This document shows, piece after piece, positions 29,619 through 40,600 of a stretch of 64,000 bases of DNA. The stretch comes from a virus. Below the pieces are notes generated by a model. It saw nothing but the letters and a program-made list of their open reading frames with translations. It did no database searches and had not been told where the DNA came from. The position numbers were made by a program, and so were the translations under genes. The stretch covers positions 1 through 64,000 of the IMG/VR virus record IMGVR_UViG_3300042914_003763, one strand, 5' to 3'. How positions within the stretch are numbered: the first letter of the stretch is position 1; each line of letters starts with the position of its first letter.

Positions 29619-30032
29619 ATGCCTAATCCAACTGATCAATATTACATCATTGCTGAATTTCTTCATAATAGTAATAGATATGCTCCATCAACAAGACCTT
29701 ATTTATATGGTGAATTAAGTAACTTACCAAAACATATATTGGAAAATCGTAACTTTATAGTTGCTGTTAGTGAAGCTACTATTACATCAGAGCTAATTAG
29801 AGATAATACCGTTGAATTAACAGTTAATGACAGTGAAACTAAGTTACTACAAGAACGAGTAACTATTCAACTTAAAGAAGTACAAGAACCTGAACTAATA
29901 AAAGAAGTAGTTAATGAAGTAGAGATAGAAAAAAGTGAAAGTAATGAAGAAAAAATTGAAGTTAGTGAAGTAGAAGTACCTGAAGTTGAAGTAGTTAAAT
30001 CTAAGTTAAGTCGTAAACCTAAGAAGATTTAA
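29619..30032 (+). CDS. Hypothetical protein
   Basis: ORF with Glu/Val-rich C-terminus. Confidence 0.6.
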   Translation: MPNPTDQYYIIAEFLHNSNRYAPSTRPYLYGELSNLPKHILENRNFIVAVSEATITSELIRDNTVELTVNDSETKLLQERVTIQLKEVQEPELIKEVVNEVEIEKSESNEEKIEVSEVEVPEVEVVKSKLSRKPKKI

Positions 30033-30034
30033 TT

Positions 30035-30271
30035 ATGTTTTTTCTATCTGACTTTCAAGAGAACTTAGAGTTCAGTAAAGGTAGAAAAAAAGGATCAAGA
30101 GATAGAAAAAAAAGGGTGAGACGCAAAGAAGATAAAAACAATTTACGTAAAAATATAAATACAGGAACAAGTACAGTTCGCACTGGTATTCACACAGCAA
30201 AAGAAGCTAGAGGTGTTAGTCGTGAGGTACGCGGTTGGTTATCACTTGCTAATAAATTAGGGATTATTTAA
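30035..30271 (+). CDS. MFFLSD-leader basic protein
   Basis: MFFLSDFQENLEF-SKGRKKGSRDRKKR. Confidence 0.75.
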   Translation: MFFLSDFQENLEFSKGRKKGSRDRKKRVRRKEDKNNLRKNINTGTSTVRTGIHTAKEARGVSREVRGWLSLANKLGII

Positions 30272-30273
30272 TT

Positions 30274-30736
30274 ATGTTTTTTTTTATCTGACTATCAAAG
30301 TATTGGATTCAAAAGAGGTAAAGATAAGAAGAAACGTAAAAGCAAAGTGGGTAGTATGATGATTCCGGCTATTCCTGGTGGGGCAGCAATTGGTATGTTA
30401 CCTGCTGCTGGTTATGCCGCACTTCAACTAGCACGTAAAAAACCAGTTAATATGAAAACATTAGGTTATACATTAGGTGCTGGTGCAGGAATTGGTGCTA
30501 TCGGTGGTGCAATAGCAGGAGATAGACTTGATAAAAAAATGAAAACCGGACGATATGAACGATTAAGACGTGGCGACACCATCAATGCTAAAACTTATGT
30601 TAAAGGTGGTTGGTTTGGTTTAGGTCTTAGTAAAGGTAAACCGCTCAAAGTTAAATCAACTGGTAACGATCAAAAAGACGCTATTAAATTAGCTAAAACA
30701 TTTTATAATCGTGAAAAGAAAGCTGGTAGAATGTAA
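30274..30736 (+). pseudogene. MFFLSD-leader gene with +1 frameshift in a poly-T tract
   Basis: ATG followed by T9 (T8 at 32251); removing one T gives MFFLSDYQSIGF-KRGKDKKKRK in frame with ORF 30347..30736. Confidence 0.75.
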
Positions 30737-30753
30737 TACTAAACAGTAATATA

Positions 30754-31350
30754 GTGACATACACACCAATTTACGTAACAAAGGAAGCGATAGCAGAGAA
30801 GTTACGTTATCGCTTACCTATTAGACCTAGTAGTATTACAGATCCGATATATCAACAAAACCCAACATCAATACCAGTTAGTGATGTACTTGTTGATATT
30901 GTAATTGAACAGAAAGAGAACTTTGTTAATTTGATATTACAACAGATATATGAATTACCATTAAACAACCAACAACCTATTATTACAGATATTGTTGAAA
31001 GTTTAGTGATAGCAGAACTATTACGTATTCACTTTCAAGGACAAGGAATAAGTCAATTAGGTGGTGATCTTGCTGGTACTGGAAGTGACTTAAAGTTGTA
31101 TGCTTATGGGTTGTTACAAATGCTTACTGCTGGTATGAACATCTACATACCAGGACAACCACCTGTACCAGAAATACCAGGTAAACCGCCACAACCAATT
31201 GTACTAGTTAATGAAGTAAGACGTGTTAACTATCAGAACTTAGATACGATAACTAATGCACCAGTTTATGTTAGCAAGTTAACTAGTGATAACGTAACTA
31301 ATGCGTTAGTAGATGTTGACTTCATAAGTGGTTATAAGGATAGGTATTAA
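30754..31350 (+). CDS. Probable head-tail adaptor (Mu gp36-like)
   Basis: FVNLILQQIYELPL...IITDIVESLV; position after head genes. Confidence 0.55.
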   Translation: MTYTPIYVTKEAIAEKLRYRLPIRPSSITDPIYQQNPTSIPVSDVLVDIVIEQKENFVNLILQQIYELPLNNQQPIITDIVESLVIAELLRIHFQGQGISQLGGDLAGTGSDLKLYAYGLLQMLTAGMNIYIPGQPPVPEIPGKPPQPIVLVNEVRRVNYQNLDTITNAPVYVSKLTSDNVTNALVDVDFISGYKDRY

Positions 31351-31875
31351 ATGTTTTTTCTATCTAATTTATCAGAGTACGGCAGAGGTAAAGATAAACG
31401 ACCACGTAAGAAACGTAATATGGTTATTGGAGCAATAGGTGGTACTGCTATAGGTGCTGGTATTGGTTATGCTAGTAAACCTAGTAAATATAAATTAACT
31501 GGAATTAAAAGATATAATGATATTGAGAAAGAATATAAAAAATCTATTATTGAAACCACAAAAGATATTAATAATCCAGATTTTGATAAAAGTTATAATC
31601 AACAACGTCTTGCTAATATGCAAAAAGAATTAATAGAATGGCAAAATAATAAAAATAAAATTATTAAAGGTTACGCTCAACATACAAAAGGATCTGAAAC
31701 AATGAAAAAATTTGATTTCATGCACAATCAGAAACAATTAGATAAGTTAGGTAAACTATCTAATAAAATAGGTTCTAAACGTGCATTAATTGGATCAGGT
31801 ATTGGATTAGCAGCAGGTTTAGGTGGTACTTATCTATATAACAAGTTAAGAAGTAACAATGAAAATAAACGTTGA
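31351..31875 (+). CDS. MFFLS-leader Gly-rich protein
   Basis: MFFLSNLSEY-GRGKDKRPRKKR; two GxxxG helices. Confidence 0.75.
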   Translation: MFFLSNLSEYGRGKDKRPRKKRNMVIGAIGGTAIGAGIGYASKPSKYKLTGIKRYNDIEKEYKKSIIETTKDINNPDFDKSYNQQRLANMQKELIEWQNNKNKIIKGYAQHTKGSETMKKFDFMHNQKQLDKLGKLSNKIGSKRALIGSGIGLAAGLGGTYLYNKLRSNNENKR

Positions 31876-32245
31876 TAAGTTAGATAAGTTTGTTACTAAC
31901 TTTAAACAAACACAAGATAAAGTTAATAATCTCAGTAGAGATGCTATTCCTGTAATAAAACAAGAATTACCTAAAACATTACCTAACGTTAACATTGAAA
32001 CTTCAAGTAATATTAACTTAGGTAATAAGTTACCTTATGTAAGTCAACAAAGTAAACAAATTAAAAAGTTAATTGAAACAAATAGTGTTATTCCTATTGC
32101 ATTACCTAAAGCAGTTAGTCAACCTAAGTTAGTTAGTAATAATATTGCAATAAGAAGTAGTAATAAGAAACAACCGTTAACTAAAGTAGGTTATAGTAGT
32201 GCTAAGATAACCATTAATTGGTTGTTTAATATTAACAACAATTAA
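31859..32245 (+). CDS. Hypothetical protein, possibly neck
   Basis: Position between adaptor and tail terminator. Confidence 0.5.
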   Translation: MKINVDKLDKFVTNFKQTQDKVNNLSRDAIPVIKQELPKTLPNVNIETSSNINLGNKLPYVSQQSKQIKKLIETNSVIPIALPKAVSQPKLVSNNIAIRSSNKKQPLTKVGYSSAKITINWLFNINNN

Positions 32246-32250
32246 CAACT

Positions 32251-32598
32251 ATGTTTTTTTTATCTGATATTGATTCAAGTAATTATGGGAGAGGTAAAGA
32301 TAGAAAAAAGAGAAAACAAAAAATGAGTAAGTTAGGTGCAGGGTTACGATTGGCTACTGCTAGTACAGTAGGAGCAGGAATGGGTACATTAGCTAGTTTA
32401 CCTTGGAGAATTAAATATGGTAATAAAGCTAATTTAATTGGTGCAGGAATTGGTGCTGGTATATTAGGAGGTGCAGCTTATTTAGATCATAGTAATAGTC
32501 CTTATTCGCCTATAGGTAAAAAGAAACATAAACCATTTTCAGATAATCATCCTATGAGAAAATTAATGTTTCAAGATATGAGTCGTATTGATGACTAA
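32251..32598 (+). CDS. MFFLSD-leader Gly-rich protein
   Basis: MFFLSDIDSSNY-GRGKDRKKRK; MSKLGAGLR; SPYSPIGKKK. Confidence 0.75.
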   Translation: MFFLSDIDSSNYGRGKDRKKRKQKMSKLGAGLRLATASTVGAGMGTLASLPWRIKYGNKANLIGAGIGAGILGGAAYLDHSNSPYSPIGKKKHKPFSDNHPMRKLMFQDMSRIDD

Positions 32599-33064
32599 CA
32601 ATACTTATGGCGCATTAGATACAGCACATGACATATTACAAGACACCAACTTACTTTGTTTAGGTAACTATATTAAAGATGAACTTAATCGGCGCAATAC
32701 ATTAGCTAACACAATTATAGTAAGAACAGTTTATAATTATGATGCTTACAATATTCCAGTAAGCGATCTACCTGTACTAAAGTTATCAAGACAAAGTTCA
32801 TTCTATTTACCTAATAACAAACGTAAGTCTAGTATTGAATTACAATACGGTCTTGCATTACCAGAACATGAAAGATTATTACCGTATTTGAATTGGGTAG
32901 ATTACAATATTAATCAGATCCTTAGTGTAATAACGCAACTCAAAAGTATATTTATAGAAGAAACAAGTAAAAGGTGTCAGTATCGTACACTAATAAGTGA
33001 AATGGGAATACCTGTTTACTCATTCTTGCGATTTAGTTTTACAATAACAGAAGGAAGCTATTAG
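32588..33064 (+). CDS. Probable tail terminator/completion protein
   Basis: Size, DLPVL strand, C-terminal aromatic strand, directly before the tail tube gene. Confidence 0.5.
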   Translation: MMTNNTYGALDTAHDILQDTNLLCLGNYIKDELNRRNTLANTIIVRTVYNYDAYNIPVSDLPVLKLSRQSSFYLPNNKRKSSIELQYGLALPEHERLLPYLNWVDYNINQILSVITQLKSIFIEETSKRCQYRTLISEMGIPVYSFLRFSFTITEGSY

Positions 33065-33121
33065 TTATAATACGCCGCATAATTAACTTCATTCATTTTT
33101 CTACCTCTAACTAATTAACAT

Positions 33122-33913
33122 ATGTCAATTCTCAAACGCAATGAAACCTTCAAAGGTGTAGCTGAATTAGCAATTATCAGATTGTCTGATGGTGCATTAC
33201 TTAATATCCCTAAACCACTTAACGTAGTCATTGATAACCAAATTGATCAGCGTATTCAAATGACGCAGAACAGTCAAGGTGAAATGACTCGTGCCAATAG
33301 TTACATTAAGGGTCGTACTCCAACAATCAGACTTGTTTACTCTCACATTCAACCTGAATTACTTCAATTCAAAACAGGTAGATTGTATGAAAGTCAAACT
33401 AAATCAATGGATGTAGTTAAATCTTATCTCGTTACTACTGGTACTTTTGCAGGTGAAACATCTGTTAGTAAATCTGGTCATGCTGTACTTGAAGATGCAC
33501 CAAGTAAGGCATCCATTATTCGTAATAACTTGAGTGTTCAGTTAGTTCAACAACCTTACGATACCTTTAATGCTACTACTAATGATACGTTTGCTATTGG
33601 TGCTAATTTAGCAGTTAAGTTCAGCACTAACTTAGTAACAGCAAAAGAAATTGTTACATTAACTACTACCGAATCACTAACTGTAACTGGTATTGGTGAT
33701 GATATAATTGGGGCGCATAAAATAATTGCAATGTTAGTTACTACTGAAAATCAACTAGTTAGTTTCAAAGCTGAAAACTGTTCTTGTTCTTTTGAAGGTA
33801 GTGCTATTGACTTTGGTGCAGATCAAATGGAAATTCCTTGGTTTATCAATGATGTTCCTGGTGCTTGTTTCCCTTATACATTAGACTATACTAGTAAGTA
33901 TGTTGGTTGTTAA
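33122..33913 (+). CDS. Probable major tail tube protein
   Basis: Beta-rich 263 aa; synteny before chaperones and tape measure. Confidence 0.6.
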   Translation: MSILKRNETFKGVAELAIIRLSDGALLNIPKPLNVVIDNQIDQRIQMTQNSQGEMTRANSYIKGRTPTIRLVYSHIQPELLQFKTGRLYESQTKSMDVVKSYLVTTGTFAGETSVSKSGHAVLEDAPSKASIIRNNLSVQLVQQPYDTFNATTNDTFAIGANLAVKFSTNLVTAKEIVTLTTTESLTVTGIGDDIIGAHKIIAMLVTTENQLVSFKAENCSCSFEGSAIDFGADQMEIPWFINDVPGACFPYTLDYTSKYVGC

Positions 33914-33932
33914 TTAATTACGGTAATACAAA

Positions 33933-34394
33933 ATGACAGTTCATACCATTGAATATAAAGATGAGAAGGGTAATGTAATAGGAACTGACATTATTACAGT
34001 TCCTAAGAGATCAAAACTTAAAGAGATATTAGTATTACAACAAGCATTAATTGAGGGAATGTATCAGCACATTGATCCCATTAAAGTAAAATGTGTTTAT
34101 TCAGGTAGTTTATTACTTGATGATGCTGTATGGGGTAATGTAGAAAAATTAGCTAAGTTAATACCTGTTATCGGTAAAGAAGGTGGTATTGATTTAGATA
34201 AACTTGAAAGTGACATTCCTCAATTAATCAAACTATTCTTTTCTCAAAGTTGTGATGATGTAGGAAACATTACCGTTGATTTAGAAGATAATTCGTTTTT
34301 TCTACCTTCTGTACTATCGGAGTTATATAGATTTAACTTCCCTAAGTTCATAAAAGAGATGTTCGACAAAGGACAAGTAGTGAAACAGGAATAA
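33933..34394 (+). CDS. Probable tail assembly chaperone
   Basis: Synteny between tube and tape measure. Confidence 0.55.
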   Translation: MTVHTIEYKDEKGNVIGTDIITVPKRSKLKEILVLQQALIEGMYQHIDPIKVKCVYSGSLLLDDAVWGNVEKLAKLIPVIGKEGGIDLDKLESDIPQLIKLFFSQSCDDVGNITVDLEDNSFFLPSVLSELYRFNFPKFIKEMFDKGQVVKQE

Positions 34395-34423
34395 ACCAAC
34401 AACCAATAAGCGGTAATTCCGAT

Positions 34424-34639
34424 ATGGAAGAATTAGCTGCATTAATTGAAATATATAAAACAGTTGATGCAGCTTTTCTCATTAGGGATAAACTAACTCA
34501 TCTTGAAATACAAGACTTGATTAAAGAAACAAATGAGTTACGTAAAGATTCAAAACTTAAAGATGCAGAAGAGATAGAAAAAAACTATGCGAAATTAAAA
34601 GAAGAAGATCCAACTATAAGTCAATTCATGAATTACTAA
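34424..34639 (+). CDS. Probable tail assembly chaperone, second part
   Basis: In the -1 frame of the upstream chaperone, immediately before tape measure. Confidence 0.5.
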   Translation: MEELAALIEIYKTVDAAFLIRDKLTHLEIQDLIKETNELRKDSKLKDAEEIEKNYAKLKEEDPTISQFMNY

Positions 34640-34640
34640 T

Positions 34641-37600
34641 ATGTCTCAATTAATGAATGATTATCAACAAGAAGTAGCCCTTAAATTTGAAGGAGAAGAT
34701 AATCTTAGTAAAGTTGTTGATAATATTTCTGAGCGTATTAGTAATATGCAAACTAAGGTTATGGCTGCTAACCTTGGACTTGGAGGATTGAAAAAAGTTA
34801 CAGGTGATAATGTAACTACATTAGAAAAATTTGGAAAACAAATTGCAGCTACAGATAAATTATTAATGAAAGCATTCAATGTAGCAACTTTCGCTAAAAT
34901 CGGCGCAGTATTAGCTGATGGTATTAAGAATGCAACAAGAGAATTATCAGGTTTTTCTACAGGAATTAAAGCATTTACCGCTTCAGGATACACAACTCAA
35001 ATAATTGATGATTTCACTAAGGTTCGAGATGCAATCTTAGGTAGTAAAGAAGCAGTAGATCAATTCAGTTTGCAAGCTTTAACTGCTTATAATCGCTACA
35101 AGAAAGCACAAACTGAAGTAGAAGTATTATTCAGTAAAGGTAGTGAATTTATTGGTGATTTAAGTAAGAACATTCAAAATCTTGTTAATAACGATCTCAA
35201 AAATGCTATAAGTTCGATTGATGCGTTAGGTGCAGCATATCAAGCGGCATCTGCTAGTTTCACAGAAGCAAGTGAAAATACGGCTGTGATGACAGCAGGT
35301 TTGAAGTTAGCTAAAGCTGGTGGTGCTGACACTGGTGCGACAATGAAAGTGTTGACACAAACAATACGTGCTTATAATATGTCAGCTACAGACTCCAATA
35401 AAGTAGCAGCAGTATTGAATAAAACTATTCAGTTAGGTATCACAACGATGCCTGAACTTGCTAATGGTTTTGCACAATCAGCCGTAACAGCTAACGCCGC
35501 AAAAGTTAAATTAGAAGAATTAGCAGCAGGCGTAGCAGCACTAACTCTACAAGGTTTTGATACTCCTAGTGCATTAACTGGATTAGAAGCATTATTCAGA
35601 AACATCATTAACAAAACACCTCAAGCAGAAGCGGCATTACGTAGTTTGAGAGATGAAGTAGGTAAACCAATTAGATTCGATATTGCTGAAATTAAGACTA
35701 AAGGTTTTGCCAAGGCATTAGATGATTTAAATAAAGCGGCTAAAGGTAACGCTGAAACATTAGCAACTATTATCCCAGAAGCCACTGCTTACAATACAGC
35801 ATTAGCGTTAATGAGTAATAATGCTCAACAATTAAAAGATAATAGTAAATCAATGTTTGAGATTACTGAAACAGGTAAAAAAGCTAGAGAAACATTAGAT
35901 GAAGTATTTGGCATTAAGATATCATCACAAGCTGAAAAGTTTGATGCAATTATTAATCGTATAACAGAACAATTTATTCAGTTCGGTGAACAAATAGCAC
36001 CATTCTTTCAAGTTGGTGTAGATGTGTTAGAAAAAACTGTTAGTGCTTTATCTTCTATCTCTCCAGAAATGAAGAAGATAATTGCACAATGGATAATATT
36101 TCAAATGGGCGCAGGTCAAGTTACTAATGCAATTGGACAATTAGTAGGTGCAGCAACTCAAGCGTTTATGATATTCCAAGGTTGGAGGATTTTTACAGGT
36201 TTGTTTAATGGTGAATTACTCAAACAAGTAAAGATAGTACAAGAACTTGCTAAAGCTAATATTGGTTTATTACCTGTAGTTAAACAAGTAATAGGAATAG
36301 ATCAACAACATCTGTTACTAGGACAAGAACTTAATTTACAACAACTTAATAGATTTCAAATTATAGGTAAGTTACGTGAACAAAATTTAGGACTAATTGC
36401 ACAAGCTAAACAGTTAATAGGAATAGATCAATCACATCTACTAGTAGGGCAACAATCATTAACATTAGATGAACAACGAGAAGAAATATTAAATAGGTTA
36501 GTTGAACAAAATAAAGACTATAAAAAAGTATCTAAAGAATTAAGTAACATAGAAAAAGAACATTTAGATATTACAACTAAAGTTAAAGAAGCAGAAGATA
36601 AGTTATCTGAATCATATACTAAGTTAGCTAAAGATAAATACGATAAATCAAAGTTAGAAAAAGAACTTAATTCATCTACTGCTAAATCGGCAGATGAACA
36701 ATATCAGTTAGCAGAACGTTATCAACAACAACAAGAACTTATAGCTAAATCTGAAGCTGAATTAGCAGTTAACAAGAAAAATAAACTTGACTTAGATGAA
36801 AAAGCAGCTAAGTTACAACAAGAAGTTGCTGATAAAACCGCTAAAGCTGAAAAAATCTCACAAACAGTTAAAGATAATACGCTCAAAATACAAAAGGCGC
36901 AGACGTTAGCAGAAGAATTACAACGTAAAGCTGTTGAAGCTAGAACATTAGCTGATTTAGCATCTAGTCAAGCTCAAACAGCTAAAGCAGCCGCAGATGC
37001 AGCAGGTGGAACTAATGCAACACTTAACGCAGCAGCAGAAGTAGCATTAGCTAACGCAACAACTCTTGAAACAGCAGCAGAGGTAGCTAACACAACAGCT
37101 ACTAACGCTAATAATGCAGCAAGAACTTTAGGTACAACATTAGCAACAGAACAAGGTATTGCTGAAGGTAGATTAATTAAAATTAGAACATTAGCAGGAG
37201 AACAAATAGTTAAAAATACATTACTTAACCGAATGTTAGGTTTTTCATTTAAAGACTTAATTCCCAAAATGGATGACGTTAAAAAGACAAGTGGCAACTT
37301 ATGGACTAACTTAAATAAACCAATTAATTTTAGTGGAATTAAAGATGGCGTTAGTAGTTTATTTAGTAAGCTTAGTGGAATGTTACCTATTGTTGGACAA
37401 ATAGGAACTAAGTTATTAACATTCGCACCAATACTATTACCAGTAGCAGGAGCAGCAGCATTACTATATGATCAATTCGCTGGTACTTCTGCTCAAGTTA
37501 GAAAACTGCAAGAAGATTTAACTAAGATAAATAAAGAACTAGAAGTATCAAAACTTAAAACACTACAAGACTTAGATAGTAAAGGTAAGTTGAGTTATGA

Positions 37601-40600
37601 AATGAAGAAACAACTTATTATGATGGAACACAATAATGAGTTAGCTAAACTTAATGGATTTGAAAATACAAAGTTAGTAGGTATATGGGAAAACATTGGT
37701 AATGCAATAGGTGCTGCATTTAATGGAGTAATTGGTTTTGGTAAAGCTATATTTGATATGTTTGATAAAATATTACCTATTTTCAGTTTATATAAAGCAA
37801 TACGGTATGATCAAGTTATTTCTACCTTTAGTGAAATTGAAGCACAGATAGAAAAAACAAGTGCTGCGACTTTAAAATTTGCTGAAGTTAATAGCAAATT
37901 AAAACAAGGATTCACTGATATTGAAAAAGTAAACAAGAAAATACGTGAAGGTAAATCACTTGAACCAGATGATATAACTAAGTTAAAAAATCAAGCTGAA
38001 GAACGACTTAAATTAATTGATGATGAGATAGCAGCTAATGATAGACGACTTGAAGCATTAAAAGAAAAGTTAAAAGATTATGATGCACTTGATCCCGAAA
38101 AACAAAAACAAGCTGCTGCTGAAGATCAAGACTTAGCTAGCCGTAGAGATGTACTTGAAGCACAAAATGAAAATTTAAAGAAGCAACGACAAATAAATGC
38201 TGATACAAGTAAAGCAAATATAGAATACTTACAACAACGTAATATATTTGTTAAACGGTTACAAGAAGCTAATCCTAATAAAAACGATCCTAATAATAAG
38301 AAAAATGACTTCTTAGATGAAGACTTTGAAGGTCAAGTTGGCAATAAAGTTAACTCGTTACAAGTAAGAATGCGCCGTAGTTTTAGGCAATCAAATGAAG
38401 ACTTACAAGAGTATGCTAAGAAAGTTGAAGCTACATTAGATGGTACTAATAAATATATAGATAGAGAAGGTAAAGAAGTTAAACTTGATGTTACTCAATT
38501 AGGACAATATGTTCAAGACTTTGATAAGAATGTAGAAACAACAGTAGCAGGAATAGGTCAGTTATATGAAGGTAATTATATTAATGCTAAGGAAGCTAAT
38601 GAAAAGTTACAAGCAGTATTGAATCAACAAGTAGGTGATACTAAAAAGAAAGTTAAAGATTTGTTTTCAACAGAACAATTACAAGAGTATTATGCTCAGA
38701 TAATTGAATACAGTAAGAATGCCAGTAAAAAACAAATAGACCTATTAAGTAAAGATGCTGAAATACAACAACAATTAATATCAGCAGGTGTTAAATCACA
38801 AATTGATGGCAGTAAGGAAATTAGAAAGATACAACAACAACAACTTAAAGCACAGATAGATGACTTAGAAAAAACATTACAATTACAACTTGATATTGCA
38901 CCAGCATTAAAACAAGAGTTAGAAAAACAATTAAAACTACTAAAAGCACAATTTAATGCGGCGGATAAAGAAGATCAACGTAAGTCAATAGATGAACGTT
39001 ATCAACAACAACAAGTTGCGTTAGATAAAGAAGTAGCCGCATTTAAGTTAAGTCGTGCCAAGTTTGTTTCTACAGAAAAAGAAAGTATTGTTAAGTTAGA
39101 GCAACTACAAAAACAACAACTATTACAACAACAAAATAAATTACAAGAACAACTTAAACTTGTTGGTAATGATAAAGAAGAACGTACTAAGTTAGAAACA
39201 GAGTTATTGAACTTACAACTACAGTATCAACAAATTGTTACTAGTAGTTTACAACGTGAATTTGACAAACGTAATAAGCAATTAAGTAATGATATAGAAA
39301 GACAGAAACTCGAATACGGTAAGTTAACAAGAACGTTATCTAGTACAACAGATAGCTTACAAGAAGAATTGAAGATTATTGAAGCTAGAAACAAATCTAT
39401 TCTTGCAGCTAATCAATATGAAACAAGTAGATTACAAAACCAACTTCGTGTTACTGCTGATATTGAAAAACGTGCCGATATTGAAGTACAACTAGTTGAA
39501 TTAAAAAACAAGAATAGTGAAGTAACATTAGCACAAGAAGCTAAGTCATTACAATATCAACAGAAGTTAGTAGATTTAGGTTTCCAAAAACAACAAATAG
39601 AACTTGATATTAATAAGTTACAAAATGAATCACAACGTAAGTTACTAGAACTAGAACTAAAACGTGCTTTAGAACAAAAGCAAAGTAAAGAAGAAATTGA
39701 AACACTACAAACTAAATTAGATATCAATATTGAAGAATCTAAATCATTAGAAAGTAAAAGTAAGTTACAACAAGAAGTTAGACGTAATCAATTAGAAATA
39801 AACAACTTAACTAAACAAGATTTAGAGTACAAATTAGCATTAACTAGAGAAGGTGGTGAATTAGATGTTGAAATAGCTAAACAAAATCGTGTATTAGCAA
39901 CTTATGAAAAACAAGCACAACAAGCTAAAGTAAGTGCTGAATTAGCTGAAATATCTGCTAACAAACAACTTGTACAAAATAACTTAATACTGAAGTCATA
40001 CGAAAACAGAATTAACTTAACACAGAAACAACTTGATTTAGAGCAACAACAACAAAATAATACTCAACGTATGTTTAAGTTAGCTGGCGATCTTGCAACA
40101 ACAGATTATCAGAAACAAGAGTTTGCTAAGTTAGCAGCACGTCAAGAGTTAATGGCGTTAGACAAGAAACAAGAGATAGAAAAACAATTATTAGAGATAC
40201 AAATAAAAAGTAATAACTTAGCTTTACAAAGACAAGAGATAGAACAAAAGACAGCAGAACTAAAATTAGCAGCGGAACTTAAAGTACAAATAGCTGAAAC
40301 AAAAAAAGTCTTAGCTAGTAAAACTGCTACCAATGAAGATAAAGCAGCAGCATCGGCGCAACTTGAAGCTAAACAATTTGCATACGAAGCTAAGTTAGCA
40401 GAACGTCCACTACTAGAACAACAACGACAGTTAAGTAAGTTTGATGATAATATCAAGCGTTATCAGTTACAACAAAATCAAAGTAATGAAGTACAAGATA
40501 AGTCAGTTGCTTATGCTAAGACTACTTTTGGTATTGGTGACGATATGGAAATATATCGAGCTATCAGAAATAACTTAGCATCTGTAATTGATGATGTAAC

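Noticed and set aside
33122-33913. Contractile tail or eCIS
   Set aside because: No sheath or baseplate wedge motifs recognised; full head, terminase and integrase indicate a phage
36283-36450. Internal duplication QxIGIDQxHLLxGQ in the tape measure
   Set aside because: Ordinary tape measure repeat evolution
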